A DNA stretch of 64,000 nucleotides from Candidatus Dojkabacteria bacterium (GTDB lineage Bacteria > Patescibacteriota > Dojkabacteria > B142 > OLB20): the NCBI GenBank assembly GCA_030583785.1, contig CP129475.1, positions 223,559-287,558 of the forward strand, read 5' to 3'. Below the pieces are notes generated by a model. That model did not search any database and was not told where the DNA came from. It saw nothing but the letters and a program-made list of their open reading frames with translations. A program made the translations under genes and the position numbers. This document shows positions 47,824 through 58,192 of this stretch, one piece after another (position 1 is the stretch's first letter; the number at the start of each line of letters is the position of its first letter).

Positions 47824-48871
47824 TGTCTTCTTCTGCTGTTCCACCGAATCTTCTAACCCTTCCGGCATAATCAAGTATCGCTCTTCTAAATTCGAGAGGT
47901 CCGAAGTCAGGGAAGTAAATGTTGGTAAAGTAAAGCTCGGCGTAAGTCGATTGATAAGGAAGGATACCACTTGTTCTATGCTCACCTGATGTACGAATTA
48001 TTAGGTCTGGATCAGGAATACCTGCGCCATCTAGATACTCTGAAACAAGATTCTCGTTAACCTCTGTAATACCGGCATCTATCATTTTTTTGATAGCTCT
48101 AACAATGTCATCACGGCCCCCATAATCTAAACATAGCTGCATATGCAGGTCATCAAAGTTTTCGGTGGATCTTTCTAGACGGTTTAATGCCTCGATAATA
48201 TCTGTTGGTAATCTATCTTTTCTACCCAGATGTCTAAATCTGATTTTTTCTGTCTCAAGAAGTTTTTCGTATTCATTGATATTATCTCGAATGATCTGAT
48301 AAAGAACCTTGAGCTCCCTTTCGTCTCTGGTAGTAAGGTTTTCTGTAGACAATGCCCAAAAAGTAAAGTACTTAACGCCAAAATCGCGACATTCCAAGAA
48401 ATACTGTTTTAGTCTTTCTGGTTGAGATGATACCTTATGCCCGATCCAAGCTTTGAGACCTTGCTGTCTGGCCCAACGACGATTTCCATCGGGGATAATA
48501 ACTACATGTTGAGGGACTCGTCTTTCTGCCTTTAAGCGGACAATTTCTTTGGTTAGGTTGATAAAACTTTGGGCTTCGTCTTGCAAGAACGATTTTTCTT
48601 TCTCGATCTTAAAGCCAGAGAGCTTTTTATGCGGAGTTCTCCACTCATAATTCATTCCAGTGACCTTTACTGGAAAAGGAAGCTTAAGAATCCAATCTAA
48701 GAGTTCTTCGAGCTTTTTTTCGCTACCTTGCGCGACAACAACTACAGTTCCGTCTTTTTCGTTTTTAACATAGCCACGCAGTCCAAGTATATTGGCAAAT
48801 TTACTTAGACTTCGTCTAAGGTTTACCCCTTGAACTATACCGATGAGCACTACTTTAAGTTCTTTTTCCAT
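47768..48871 (-). CDS. uppS: Fusion protein: N-terminal acylphosphatase domain plus C-terminal undecaprenyl-diphosphate synthase (cis-prenyltransferase).
   Basis: AcyP signature 1 VVLIGIVQGVNLR and signature 2 GYVKNEKDGTVVVVAQG. Then UppS motifs HVVIIPDGNRRWARQQG, FTFWALSTENLTTR, ...RRFGG. Start taken at the ATG (MEKELK) rather than the upstream TTG of the ORF track. Confidence 0.75.
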   Translation of the reverse strand: MEKELKVVLIGIVQGVNLRRSLSKFANILGLRGYVKNEKDGTVVVVAQGSEKKLEELLDWILKLPFPVKVTGMNYEWRTPHKKLSGFKIEKEKSFLQDEAQSFINLTKEIVRLKAERRVPQHVVIIPDGNRRWARQQGLKAWIGHKVSSQPERLKQYFLECRDFGVKYFTFWALSTENLTTRDERELKVLYQIIRDNINEYEKLLETEKIRFRHLGRKDRLPTDIIEALNRLERSTENFDDLHMQLCLDYGGRDDIVRAIKKMIDAGITEVNENLVSEYLDGAGIPDPDLIIRTSGEHRTSGILPYQSTYAELYFTNIYFPDFGPLEFRRAILDYAGRVRRFGGTAEEDIKQPEASVSEQKSQAALS

Positions 48872-49005
48872 TTGTTTGTTTATACAAGGCAATGTTACCC
48901 TAAGAATAGCATCTTGTCCAGCTTGGAAATCGTCTTTATGCGTGTCTAGCAGCAGTTGCAGATATTTGAATAAGCCTTTATAATTAGGCTGTTTCAAACT
49001 ATACA

Positions 49006-50421
49006 ATGAATAATAAAACTGACAAACCAGATCAAAAAGAAGCCGATGTTGACTTTAGTTCTCTATACCTTGACGAACACAATCTGCCTAAAATTAAATC
49101 TGCATCAGAACTAGAAAAAGCAACCACAATAATTAATACCAAGTCTTTAATAGGTAAAGAAGCCGTTATCAACGGCTGGGTCTACGGAATCAGATCTTCA
49201 GGCAAAATAATGTTCCTTATGGTTCGAGACGGAAGTGCAGACATTCAAGTAGTTGTAGAAAAATCACAGGTTACAGAAGAAGTCTGGGAAGACGCACAGT
49301 CCCTAACAAACGAATCATCATTGCAAGTCAAAGGACTAATTAAAGAAGATAAAAGATCTCCTTTTGGAGTTGAGATGCAATTAACTGCAATCAAGGTTAT
49401 TCAGATCGCCCCAGAATTTCCCATCGGAAAGAAAGAACATGGACCAGATTTTCTGCTCGATAACAGACATCTCTGGCTCAGATCACAGTCTCAAAGAGCT
49501 GTCATGCAGATTCGTGACGAGATATTCTGGAGCATAACTAGCTTCCTTAGAGAAGAGGGCTTTGTTAGGTTCGATACCCCCATATTTCAACCTGTATCGT
49601 GCGAAGACACATCCGAATTATTTGAGGTTGACTATTTTGGCGACAAAACATACCTCACACAGTCAGGACAACTATACTGCGAAGCAGCAGAGTTTGCTCT
49701 TGGCAGAACTTACGACTTTGGACCAGTATTTAGAGCAGAAAAATCTAAGACAAGAAAACACTTAATAGAATTCTGGATGATGGATGCCGAACTTCCCTTT
49801 GCCGGTCTCGATGAATTAATGGACTTTGAAGAAGCCATGCTAAAAAGAATCGTATCCGATTGTCTAAAAAACAAGGCTTATGAACTCAGTATTCTGAAGA
49901 GAGACATATCAAAACTTGAAACAGTTAGAGATAAAAAATTCATTCGTCATTCTCATAAAGAGGTTATCGAACTTCTAAATAGCAAATTTGATGCCAAGTT
50001 ATCCGAACTCGACGACATCGGAGCGCCAGAAGAAGCTATGCTTTCAGAGCTATACGAGGTGCCAGTCTTTATATACGACTGGCCGGCAGAAATTAAGGCA
50101 TTTTATATGCCAAAATTCAAACGCCCCGGAGAAAACATTGAACGAGTCAGGGCCGTCGATCTTGTTGCTTCAGAAGGGGCAGGAGAGATCATGGGTGGAG
50201 CAGAGAGAGAATTTAATTACAACATTCTCCTCGACGAATTAAAGAAAAGAAAATATAAATACGAAGATTACGCCTGGTATATGGATCTTAGAAAATACGG
50301 ATCCATTCCTCATTCGGGATTTGGAATCGGCCTTGAAAGAACAGTGCGCTGGATTTCTGGCGTTGCTCACATCCGAGAAACAATTCCTTTCCCTCGTATG
50401 TTAAACAGACTATACCCTTAA
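49006..50421 (+). CDS. asnS: Class II aminoacyl-tRNA synthetase of the Asn/Asp subfamily. Most consistent with asparaginyl-tRNA synthetase.
   Basis: N-terminal OB-fold anticodon-binding domain. Motif 2 region FGPVFRAEKSKTRKHLIEFWMMDAE resembles AsnRS FRAENSNTxRHLAEFWM. Motif 3 GFGIGLERTV. Confidence 0.65.
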   Translation: MNNKTDKPDQKEADVDFSSLYLDEHNLPKIKSASELEKATTIINTKSLIGKEAVINGWVYGIRSSGKIMFLMVRDGSADIQVVVEKSQVTEEVWEDAQSLTNESSLQVKGLIKEDKRSPFGVEMQLTAIKVIQIAPEFPIGKKEHGPDFLLDNRHLWLRSQSQRAVMQIRDEIFWSITSFLREEGFVRFDTPIFQPVSCEDTSELFEVDYFGDKTYLTQSGQLYCEAAEFALGRTYDFGPVFRAEKSKTRKHLIEFWMMDAELPFAGLDELMDFEEAMLKRIVSDCLKNKAYELSILKRDISKLETVRDKKFIRHSHKEVIELLNSKFDAKLSELDDIGAPEEAMLSELYEVPVFIYDWPAEIKAFYMPKFKRPGENIERVRAVDLVASEGAGEIMGGAEREFNYNILLDELKKRKYKYEDYAWYMDLRKYGSIPHSGFGIGLERTVRWISGVAHIRETIPFPRMLNRLYP

Positions 50422-51542
50422 TGAAAAAAGCCATTATCTTCTTTGTGGCTTCATTAATTACAATTACGGTCGGTTACTCTCAGCAAGCTAAGGCCAATAA
50501 TACAGGTACTATTTCAAGAACTGAATATATAAGTTCGGCAGATGCATTATATAGCAAACATATGCATATTGCCGATGAAATCGCTTTACGCCTCAATAAC
50601 AAAAGTAACCTTCAGCTTTCTGGAGGATTGTTTATGATAAACATTCCAGGTCCCGAATTAAACAAAGAAGCTTCTAAGTTTATTATTGATAACAACATCC
50701 GTGGAGTAATTCTTATGGGTGGAAATATTTCTGACGCATTACAGACGCAAAAATTAGTTAGAGATATTAAAAGTATCAAACCAAATATTCTTGTTGCTAT
50801 TGATCAAGAAGGGGGATCTGTTGTTAGGATGAAATGGGACAAGTTTGCATCTCTCAGTGCCAGAAAAATGGCAGAGAAGGGGCTAGAAGATATAAGAATT
50901 GTTCATCTTGAACGAGCCAAGCTTCTTCAAGAGAACGGATTTGACCTAGTCTTCGCACCGGTTCTTGACCTTGGAATGGAGAATTCCTGGATCAAAGATA
51001 GAGCATTTTCTGAAGATGCAGAAGAGGTAGCACAAGTATCAGAGGTGATTTTGTCAGCCATGAAACAATACTCAATCCTTACAACAGCTAAGCATTTCCC
51101 CGGCCTTGGCAGAGCCGTAGAAGATACTCATGAAGTCTTACCTGTACTGAATATCCCGCGTAACGAACAAGATGAGGACATTCGACCTTTTAGTTCTTTT
51201 ATTAAGAGTAAAGGAGAACTGGTAATGACAAGCCACGCAGTATATCAACAATTAGATAGTGATAATCCGGCTTCGCTTTCAAAGAGAATTATTTCGGAAA
51301 TGCTGCGAGAAGATCTAAAGTTCGATGGCATAGTTATAACAGATGATTTGCGTATGGGTGCCCTAAATAAAATTGACAACAAATTTATAAAGGCCCTAGA
51401 GGCTGGGAATAATATCTTGCTATATATTGACTACCTTCCAAAGACACAAAAGGCGATCGATGAGATCGCCAAGCTTGATAAATCTTACCTTTACGACAGA
51501 GCTTCTGAACTTGAAAGACGCCTGATTCAGGTTGGACACTAG
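50421..51542 (+). CDS. Secreted glycoside hydrolase family 3 (NagZ-like beta-N-acetylhexosaminidase).
   Basis: Signal peptide. AIDQEGGSVVRM, KHFPGLGRAVEDTHE, GIVITDDLRMGA are GH3 N-terminal domain motifs. Confidence 0.75.
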   Translation: MKKAIIFFVASLITITVGYSQQAKANNTGTISRTEYISSADALYSKHMHIADEIALRLNNKSNLQLSGGLFMINIPGPELNKEASKFIIDNNIRGVILMGGNISDALQTQKLVRDIKSIKPNILVAIDQEGGSVVRMKWDKFASLSARKMAEKGLEDIRIVHLERAKLLQENGFDLVFAPVLDLGMENSWIKDRAFSEDAEEVAQVSEVILSAMKQYSILTTAKHFPGLGRAVEDTHEVLPVLNIPRNEQDEDIRPFSSFIKSKGELVMTSHAVYQQLDSDNPASLSKRIISEMLREDLKFDGIVITDDLRMGALNKIDNKFIKALEAGNNILLYIDYLPKTQKAIDEIAKLDKSYLYDRASELERRLIQVGH

Positions 51543-51554
51543 TATAGATATATC

Positions 51555-51737
51555 TTAGATGCCCACTACCATGCCTGATCCAATATTGTCTTTGGTAACA
51601 TTCTCAATATTTTTGTAGGCAGACATAGGTTTCTTTTCTGCTGCAGGCTTTTCGTGAGAGTTCTCTGATTCTTGCCCCTCAGCAGCTTTCGATTTGTCGT
51701 AGTCTTGCACTTCTGGTTGATCTGCCATGTTTGCCAA
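51555..51737 (-). CDS. Small acidic hypothetical protein (60 aa). Coding status is uncertain.
   Basis: Short ORF convergent with the GH3 gene. No motif. Confidence 0.2.
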   Translation of the reverse strand: MANMADQPEVQDYDKSKAAEGQESENSHEKPAAEKKPMSAYKNIENVTKDNIGSGMVVGI

Positions 51738-51757
51738 TCTGACGATTATAAATCCAA

Positions 51758-53005
51758 CTATCTTTTTATTTCAAGATTCAATCTATTGTTAGCCTCATCT
51801 ATATAGATTCTGTAATCAAGCTGTCTTGTAAGATCGAATACATATGTCGATTTATTTGCAGCGAATGTTATATCGACCTTTGTAATATCTCGGACTCCTT
51901 TGGAAGCAAAGTCAGTCATGCCTTTACCGGAACCATCTGGAAGTGCATCGTAAGCTAAGTTAGAGATTTCTAATGTCAGCTTGTTTCCATTGTAAGATGC
52001 AACAGTATTTGGATAAGGATCTCCAGATCCGGCAAGCCTTAGATAGTATTTGAAAACTGCTGGTTCGTCTTTGAATAAATATCCGGCAATGCCAACACTA
52101 TTTCCCACGGTGTTAGTTGTAATATACTGGATATTCTTAGAGAACTCATTACTTAAGTTTACACCCGTAGGTTTAGCTGCTTGAGTTGGCGCAGGTGTTG
52201 AAGTTGCTGCTGTACTTGGCGTTGGAGTAACACTGCCCGTTGGTGTTGGATCAACATCTTCATCGTCTTCTTCTTCAACCTTTTCTTTGATATCAAGTAC
52301 AACTTTGTTATCAAGCCCTTCTGTTACTGAGTGCAGAACAAACCCTGATTCATCTTTAAGAGTAACTACATAGGTTTCGTCTGTGCCAGTTTGTGCATCG
52401 TGTCTGATTGAATCGACAATTGATGCAGGAATAACCGCGGTTTCGTTATAACCAAGATCGCTTTTATCTTCTAATACATTATTGAAGGTAACAGTGATTG
52501 TTGTAGTTTCTTTGTCGTAAACTGCAACCGTTTCTGGGATTTTGTTGTCGCCATCAGATGTCAATAACCATTCAACCCTCATGAATGTTTCGTAGGGCTG
52601 GAGTGCCAGAGATTCTATTGTAAAAGCATCTTCTGAAGCCTCTCCAATTGCTTGATCTGCAACAATAAATTTGCTGTCTGCCTGAAGTCCAACTGCATCT
52701 GTATCTGCAAGTATTTGTCTTGATAGAATTTTGTCAGTAGGACTGACAGTGGGAACTGCTGTTGGGGTTGGAGTTACTTGCGACACAGGCTCTTGAGCGT
52801 CGTTATTTAGAACAAATCTGTCTAAGGCAAGCCAAGCTCCGGCTGCAAGCACAATAATAATTAATACACCAATTACAACTTTTGCGGCTGAGCCTTTTTC
52901 TTCTGGTTCAGGATTTCCTAAGCCTCTAAGCTTACTTCTATCAAGCTTAGCGGAACCAGTCATAGCTCTGCGCTGAGTTAATGTTGCTCTCTCTTCTTGC
53001 ATCAT
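51758..53005 (-). CDS. Hypothetical membrane-anchored extracytoplasmic protein, 415 aa.
   Basis: Cytoplasmic N-terminus, one TM helix (VVIGVLIIIVLAAGAWLAL), a P/T-rich linker, and two beta-rich domains of unknown family. Confidence 0.45.
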   Translation of the reverse strand: MMQEERATLTQRRAMTGSAKLDRSKLRGLGNPEPEEKGSAAKVVIGVLIIIVLAAGAWLALDRFVLNNDAQEPVSQVTPTPTAVPTVSPTDKILSRQILADTDAVGLQADSKFIVADQAIGEASEDAFTIESLALQPYETFMRVEWLLTSDGDNKIPETVAVYDKETTTITVTFNNVLEDKSDLGYNETAVIPASIVDSIRHDAQTGTDETYVVTLKDESGFVLHSVTEGLDNKVVLDIKEKVEEEDDEDVDPTPTGSVTPTPSTAATSTPAPTQAAKPTGVNLSNEFSKNIQYITTNTVGNSVGIAGYLFKDEPAVFKYYLRLAGSGDPYPNTVASYNGNKLTLEISNLAYDALPDGSGKGMTDFASKGVRDITKVDITFAANKSTYVFDLTRQLDYRIYIDEANNRLNLEIKR

Positions 53006-53124
53006 CAGGCAGTAGTTAAGATCTAATTTACAGTCTAAGTATAGGTAATTTATTCTGAAAGAGCAAGCATCTCAAGATAATGGCTAGAAAATATGATAAA
53101 ATGTAATTTGGTTAAACTTTCAAA

Positions 53125-56064
53125 ATGTCAGATAGACATATTATTGTAAAAGGGGCAAGGTCGCATAATCTTAAGAACATCGATGTAAAAATCCCTAAAG
53201 ATCAATTGGTGGTAATAACTGGCCTGTCCGGATCCGGAAAATCATCTCTGGCATTCGATACTATCTATGCCGAAGGCCAACGAAAGTATGTTGAATCACT
53301 TTCATCTTATGCCAGACAATTCTTGGGGATGATGGAAAAAGCCGATGTAGATCACATAGAGGGTCTCTCTCCTGCAATATCGATAGATCAAAAATCATCC
53401 GGTCATAATCCAAGGTCCACAGTTGGAACAGTCACAGAAATCTATGACTATCTGCGACTTCTTTATGCTAGAGCTGGTCATCCACACAGCCCGATTACCA
53501 AAAGAAGACTTGTTTCGCAATCAGTTCAACAAATTGTTGATTCAATTCTTGGACTTTTACAAAAACAAAATCAAGAACAGTTGAAAATTATCCTACTTGC
53601 TCCAATTATTAAAGAAAGAAAAGGTACATACGAAGAGCTTTTTCAAAGAATGCTCAGTCAAGGCTACATAAGAGCAAGAGTCGATGGAGAAATATTTTCT
53701 TTAGAAGAAGATATCAGCCTAGACAGATACAAAAAGCACAACATCGAGATCGTGGTTGATCGCTTGGTTTTAAGCTCAGATAAAATTACAGACAAAGAAT
53801 ACATTAAAAGATTAACCGATTCGGTAGAAAGTTGCCTTAACCTTGCCGACCGAGAAATGCTTGTGAATCTGCCAGATACAAACACAGACATCTTTTATTC
53901 CGAAAAACTTGTCGATCCAGAAACCGGAGATTCATTTCCGCAGATTGAGCCACATACTTTTTCTTTCAATTCTCCACATGGAGCCTGCCCAAAATGTAGT
54001 GGGCTAGGAGTAATTAAAGAAATTGAAGAGTCGTTACTTTATAATCCAAACCTGACAATATCCGAAGGAGGACTTTATCCTTGGTCAAAAATGGCTGACA
54101 ATGAAAATTCTTGGCACATGCAGCTTCTTTCAGCAGTTGCAGAGGTTGAAGGATTCTCAATAAGAACTCCTCTGGGAGAACTCGATCCTAAGCATCTACA
54201 TGTCGTCTTATACGGCAATAAAGAAAAGCGCTATCAGTTCACCTATCACAACAGCATGAGTAGAAGAGAAACCCATGCGGACATTAAGTACGAAGGTTTG
54301 ATTCCATCTCTATACCGAAGATACGAACAAACAGAATCGGATTATATTCGTAATGAGATAGAAAACTATATGCGTGAAATGCTTTGTCCAGAATGTGAAG
54401 GCACAAGACTTAACCCTTTCGCCAGATCCGTTACCATCGAAGGAAAAAGCATCAACGAAATCAATAATCTTCCTGTTTCGGGCCTAAACTCTTGGCTGGA
54501 CAACTTACGAGAAGAATCAAAGTCGACCCACGAAGACTCACTCTCTGGTCAAGAAAAAATTATTGTCAAGCAGGTAGTAAAAGAAATTGTAGCTAGGGTT
54601 AACTTTCTCTTAGCTGTCGGTTTAGATTATCTGACACTTGGCAGAACTGCCAGAACCTTGTCGGGAGGAGAATCACAACGAATCAGGCTTGCATCACAAA
54701 TTGGAACTGGACTATCTGGCGTGCTTTATGTCTTAGACGAGCCATCAATAGGACTACATCAACGAGATAACCAAAGACTGATCGAGACATTAAGAGAACT
54801 GAAACAACTTGGAAATACAATTCTTATTGTAGAACACGATAAAGATACAATTCTGCAAGCTGATCATGTTATTGATATGGGGCCAGGCGCCGGAGAACAC
54901 GGAGGATCAATTGTAGCACAAGGATCACCACAAGAGCTGATCGAAAACAGTCACTCGCTTACAGCTGCATATTTATCTGGGAAAAGATCAATTAACAGAC
55001 TAGAAATCGATGCCGAAGCAAAAGAACTTAATGCCAAACAACCGTTGGAAATATTTTCGAGAGCAGAGGAATCTTATCTTGAGCTTTTTGGAGCAAAGCA
55101 CAATAACTTAAAGAATGTTAATGTAAGGTTTCCACTTGGGAAATTTATTGCCGTTACAGGTGTTTCTGGTTCTGGAAAATCCAGCCTTATTAACGAAACA
55201 CTCTCGAAAGCTCTACGATCTCAGTTCTATGGTTCCAAAGATGTTCCCGGTTCATACGATAAGCTTTCCGGAACCGAACTCCTCGATAAAGTGATTGGTA
55301 TTGATCAGTCTCCTATCGGGCGAACGCCCAGATCAAACCCGGCAACATATACCGGCGTATTCACGGCAATCAGAGATATCTTTGCAGCAACCAGAGAAGC
55401 CAAAACAAGGGGGTATAAGAGCGGGAGATTCAGTTTTAATGTGCGTGGTGGAAGATGTGAAACCTGCACAGGTGACGGATTACTTAGGATAGAAATGCAG
55501 TTCCTGCCTGATGTTTATGTGCAATGCGATGTCTGCAAGGGCAAAAGATATAATCGCGAAACACTGCAAATTGATTACAAGGGCAAAAGCATTGCAGATG
55601 TTCTTGATATGACTGTTTCAAGCGCTTTAGATTTTTTCGCAAATATTCCAACAATTGCTAGAAAACTTCAAACTTTAGTAGATGTCGGACTCGGCTACAT
55701 AAAACTTGGACAATCAGCAACAACGCTTTCTGGTGGAGAGGCTCAAAGAATTAAGTTAGCCTCCGAGCTTGCCAAAAGAGCTACAGGCAAAACGCTATAC
55801 ATTCTCGACGAACCTACAACAGGTCTACATTTTGAAGATATCAGAAAACTGCTGATTGTACTTAGAAGTCTTGTACAAAGAGGGAACACAGTTCTTGTAA
55901 TCGAGCACAATTTAGATTTAATTAAAACCGCAGACTGGGTAATCGATATTGGACCAGAAGGAGGAGAGAAGGGTGGAGAAATTATCGCAGAAGGCACGCC
56001 CGAAGAAATATCTCAAAACAAGAAAAGCTATACCGGACAATGGCTGAAAAACGAGATAGAGTAG
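53125..56064 (+). CDS. uvrA: Excinuclease ABC subunit A.
   Basis: Two ABC modules (GLSGSGKSSL, GVSGSGKSSL), zinc-finger CxxC pairs, LSGGEAQRIKLA signature. 979 aa. Confidence 0.95.
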   Translation: MSDRHIIVKGARSHNLKNIDVKIPKDQLVVITGLSGSGKSSLAFDTIYAEGQRKYVESLSSYARQFLGMMEKADVDHIEGLSPAISIDQKSSGHNPRSTVGTVTEIYDYLRLLYARAGHPHSPITKRRLVSQSVQQIVDSILGLLQKQNQEQLKIILLAPIIKERKGTYEELFQRMLSQGYIRARVDGEIFSLEEDISLDRYKKHNIEIVVDRLVLSSDKITDKEYIKRLTDSVESCLNLADREMLVNLPDTNTDIFYSEKLVDPETGDSFPQIEPHTFSFNSPHGACPKCSGLGVIKEIEESLLYNPNLTISEGGLYPWSKMADNENSWHMQLLSAVAEVEGFSIRTPLGELDPKHLHVVLYGNKEKRYQFTYHNSMSRRETHADIKYEGLIPSLYRRYEQTESDYIRNEIENYMREMLCPECEGTRLNPFARSVTIEGKSINEINNLPVSGLNSWLDNLREESKSTHEDSLSGQEKIIVKQVVKEIVARVNFLLAVGLDYLTLGRTARTLSGGESQRIRLASQIGTGLSGVLYVLDEPSIGLHQRDNQRLIETLRELKQLGNTILIVEHDKDTILQADHVIDMGPGAGEHGGSIVAQGSPQELIENSHSLTAAYLSGKRSINRLEIDAEAKELNAKQPLEIFSRAEESYLELFGAKHNNLKNVNVRFPLGKFIAVTGVSGSGKSSLINETLSKALRSQFYGSKDVPGSYDKLSGTELLDKVIGIDQSPIGRTPRSNPATYTGVFTAIRDIFAATREAKTRGYKSGRFSFNVRGGRCETCTGDGLLRIEMQFLPDVYVQCDVCKGKRYNRETLQIDYKGKSIADVLDMTVSSALDFFANIPTIARKLQTLVDVGLGYIKLGQSATTLSGGEAQRIKLASELAKRATGKTLYILDEPTTGLHFEDIRKLLIVLRSLVQRGNTVLVIEHNLDLIKTADWVIDIGPEGGEKGGEIIAEGTPEEISQNKKSYTGQWLKNEIE

Positions 56065-56069
56065 GTTTA

Positions 56070-56867
56070 TTACTTCAAACTGATAGTCTTCTTTAGATCA
56101 TCAATTAATCGATGGTTGGCAACAACAATTTGCTCCATTGAATCGCCAAGATTTATTCGCTCGTAAGATGCACCTGCTTCTTCTGCAATAATTATGCCTG
56201 CGGCAATATCAACAAACTTGTCTGTGTGTCGATACGGATCAACATAAACACCGAACATACCTTGAGCAAGCCAAGCTAGAGCATAAGCACCATTGCCAAA
56301 CATTCTGACTCGATAATAATCTTTCATGAGCTGGGAAACAATTTCACCTAATCTATCTTGCAGATTATCCCAGTCGTACTTTCTGGTGGTGAGATCTAAA
56401 GCTAGTTGAAGCTTTGATGTTTCAATCCCAGATTTGAACTGCAATTTTGAGTCATTCAGATAAGCACCAAGCCCCTTTGCCGCACGATATAATTGCTTTG
56501 TCGTTGGATTGTAAATCAATCCAAGAATCGGAGTCTCGTTTTGAACAAGTGCCAATGTAATTCCCCATAGAGGAATCCCTTGTGCAAAATATTTTGTTCC
56601 GTCTATGGGATCAATGTGCCACTTTAGTTCGGCATCTTTGTTCAGTTCGTGCAGTTCTTCTCCAACAAATCCATGCTCAGGGAATTTTTTGCTCACTAAT
56701 TCGTAGAATTCTCTTTCTATTTCGATGTCGAAATTTGTTGTAACATCAACATTATCGACAGCAATCTTGGCAATATCAAATTGTGCCCAGTTTCGAAAAA
56801 CCCTATCACCCTGATAAGTAATGAATGCTGTGACCTCGTTTAGAATTGCCTCTATATCCATTGTCAT
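56070..56867 (-). CDS. suhB: Inositol monophosphatase family protein (SuhB/IMPase-like).
   Basis: WHIDPIDGTKYF metal-binding motif. ~265 aa. Confidence 0.75.
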   Translation of the reverse strand: MTMDIEAILNEVTAFITYQGDRVFRNWAQFDIAKIAVDNVDVTTNFDIEIEREFYELVSKKFPEHGFVGEELHELNKDAELKWHIDPIDGTKYFAQGIPLWGITLALVQNETPILGLIYNPTTKQLYRAAKGLGAYLNDSKLQFKSGIETSKLQLALDLTTRKYDWDNLQDRLGEIVSQLMKDYYRVRMFGNGAYALAWLAQGMFGVYVDPYRHTDKFVDIAAGIIIAEEAGASYERINLGDSMEQIVVANHRLIDDLKKTISLK

Positions 56868-58189
56868 TATTTTATCTTAGATTTAATTTCGTCCCGGTTT
56901 GTTTTACTAATATCAAAATTGTTTTCTTTGACGACAAGTTCCTGCTTTAGTTTAACAAAGCTACCTGCTGCCACATCTCTTTCTAGGAGTATGCCGGATG
57001 AAACAAAGCTGTTTGAACCGATTGTTATTCCGGGCATAATATTTACGCCAGTTCCAATCCTGACATTGGAACCGATGATTGCTCCCACTTTGTTTTTTTG
57101 GCTGTCAACTTTTTCGCCTTTAACTAATACTTTGACATTTTGTTCGTCTAATCTAAAGTTTGCAGTCAGAGAAGTCGAACCAAACGAGACATTGCTTTCG
57201 ATAACGCTGTCTCCGATGTAGTTCATATGTAGCCAGACATTGTCTCGCAAATATGATCTGGCAACCTCTGAAGCAAATCCGACAACACAATCATTACCTA
57301 TAATAGACGATCTAACGAGAGCATTATTAGCGATTATGCAATTGTTACCTATGTATGCCGGACCGTTAATAACAGCCCCGTCAAATACCTTAACATTGTC
57401 TTCGATGATAACATTACCTTTAATGACTGCTGTCTTGGCAATTGTTGCAGAAGAAGATATAGAAGGAGCTGTGATTGTACTTAAATAATATTCCATGACA
57501 TCAAGTACATGCCAATGATACTTAATCGTTTTCCATACTCCTGAATAGTTAAGCATAAAGAATTTATTGCCTGCTTTCATCATGTCTGCCAGTGCAGTTT
57601 CGTAGACATCGTCTTTACTGCTACTTGCCTTTTCTAGAGCGGATTTTAATTCTGCTACACTATGAAAATAGTCGAATACCAGACGAACATACTTTGAAGG
57701 CTCGTTGCCTGCACCGGGTTTTTCTTTTACCTCGATAACATTTCCTTCGTCATTCAAGACTAAATAGCCACCAGGGAAATAAGTATCGGTGTAATAACCT
57801 GTGAGCAGATTTGTTTTATTGGAACGCAAAGATTCGAGTTTTTCTAGAAAAGATTTTAAGAGAATCTCTTCACTGACATCATTCATATTTATAATAAGCA
57901 CATCTTCTGACGAAGAAAGATGTTCTATGGCAGTTGATACTGCACCAGCCTGGCCGTCGCCTTTCTGCACGACAACTTTGGCATCGTAATTTTTGGCTCT
58001 GATCACTGAGTCAATTTCGGCGATATTTTCTTCGTTGGCAACAACAATTAAATCCCTTGGCTTGATTGCTACATATCTTTCAAGTTGCCATTCAACAAAT
58101 GATCTTCCAAGGAAAGGGTAGAGATTTTTTTCTTTTAAGGGACTGAATCTTGAGCTGCTACCGCCTGCAAGAAGGATAATAGAAAGCAT
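56867..58189 (-). CDS. Sugar-1-phosphate nucleotidyltransferase with a C-terminal left-handed beta-helix (hexapeptide acyltransferase-like) domain. It is GlmU-like.
   Basis: N-terminal LLAGGSSSRFSPLKEKNLYPFLGRSFVE (NTP-transferase G-rich loop). The C-terminal half is full of [LIV]-G-x-x-x-x hexapeptide repeats. Confidence 0.55.
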   Translation of the reverse strand: MLSIILLAGGSSSRFSPLKEKNLYPFLGRSFVEWQLERYVAIKPRDLIVVANEENIAEIDSVIRAKNYDAKVVVQKGDGQAGAVSTAIEHLSSSEDVLIINMNDVSEEILLKSFLEKLESLRSNKTNLLTGYYTDTYFPGGYLVLNDEGNVIEVKEKPGAGNEPSKYVRLVFDYFHSVAELKSALEKASSSKDDVYETALADMMKAGNKFFMLNYSGVWKTIKYHWHVLDVMEYYLSTITAPSISSSATIAKTAVIKGNVIIEDNVKVFDGAVINGPAYIGNNCIIANNALVRSSIIGNDCVVGFASEVARSYLRDNVWLHMNYIGDSVIESNVSFGSTSLTANFRLDEQNVKVLVKGEKVDSQKNKVGAIIGSNVRIGTGVNIMPGITIGSNSFVSSGILLERDVAAGSFVKLKQELVVKENNFDISKTNRDEIKSKIK

Positions 58190-58192
58190 AGT

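Noticed and set aside
49006-49006. Start-codon overlap of divergent asnS and the uppS-fusion ORF at the same base.
   Set aside because: This is an artefact of the ORF track extending the minus-strand ORF to an upstream TTG. Using the in-frame ATG (MEKELK, codon 48869-48871) gives a normal 134-bp divergent intergenic region.
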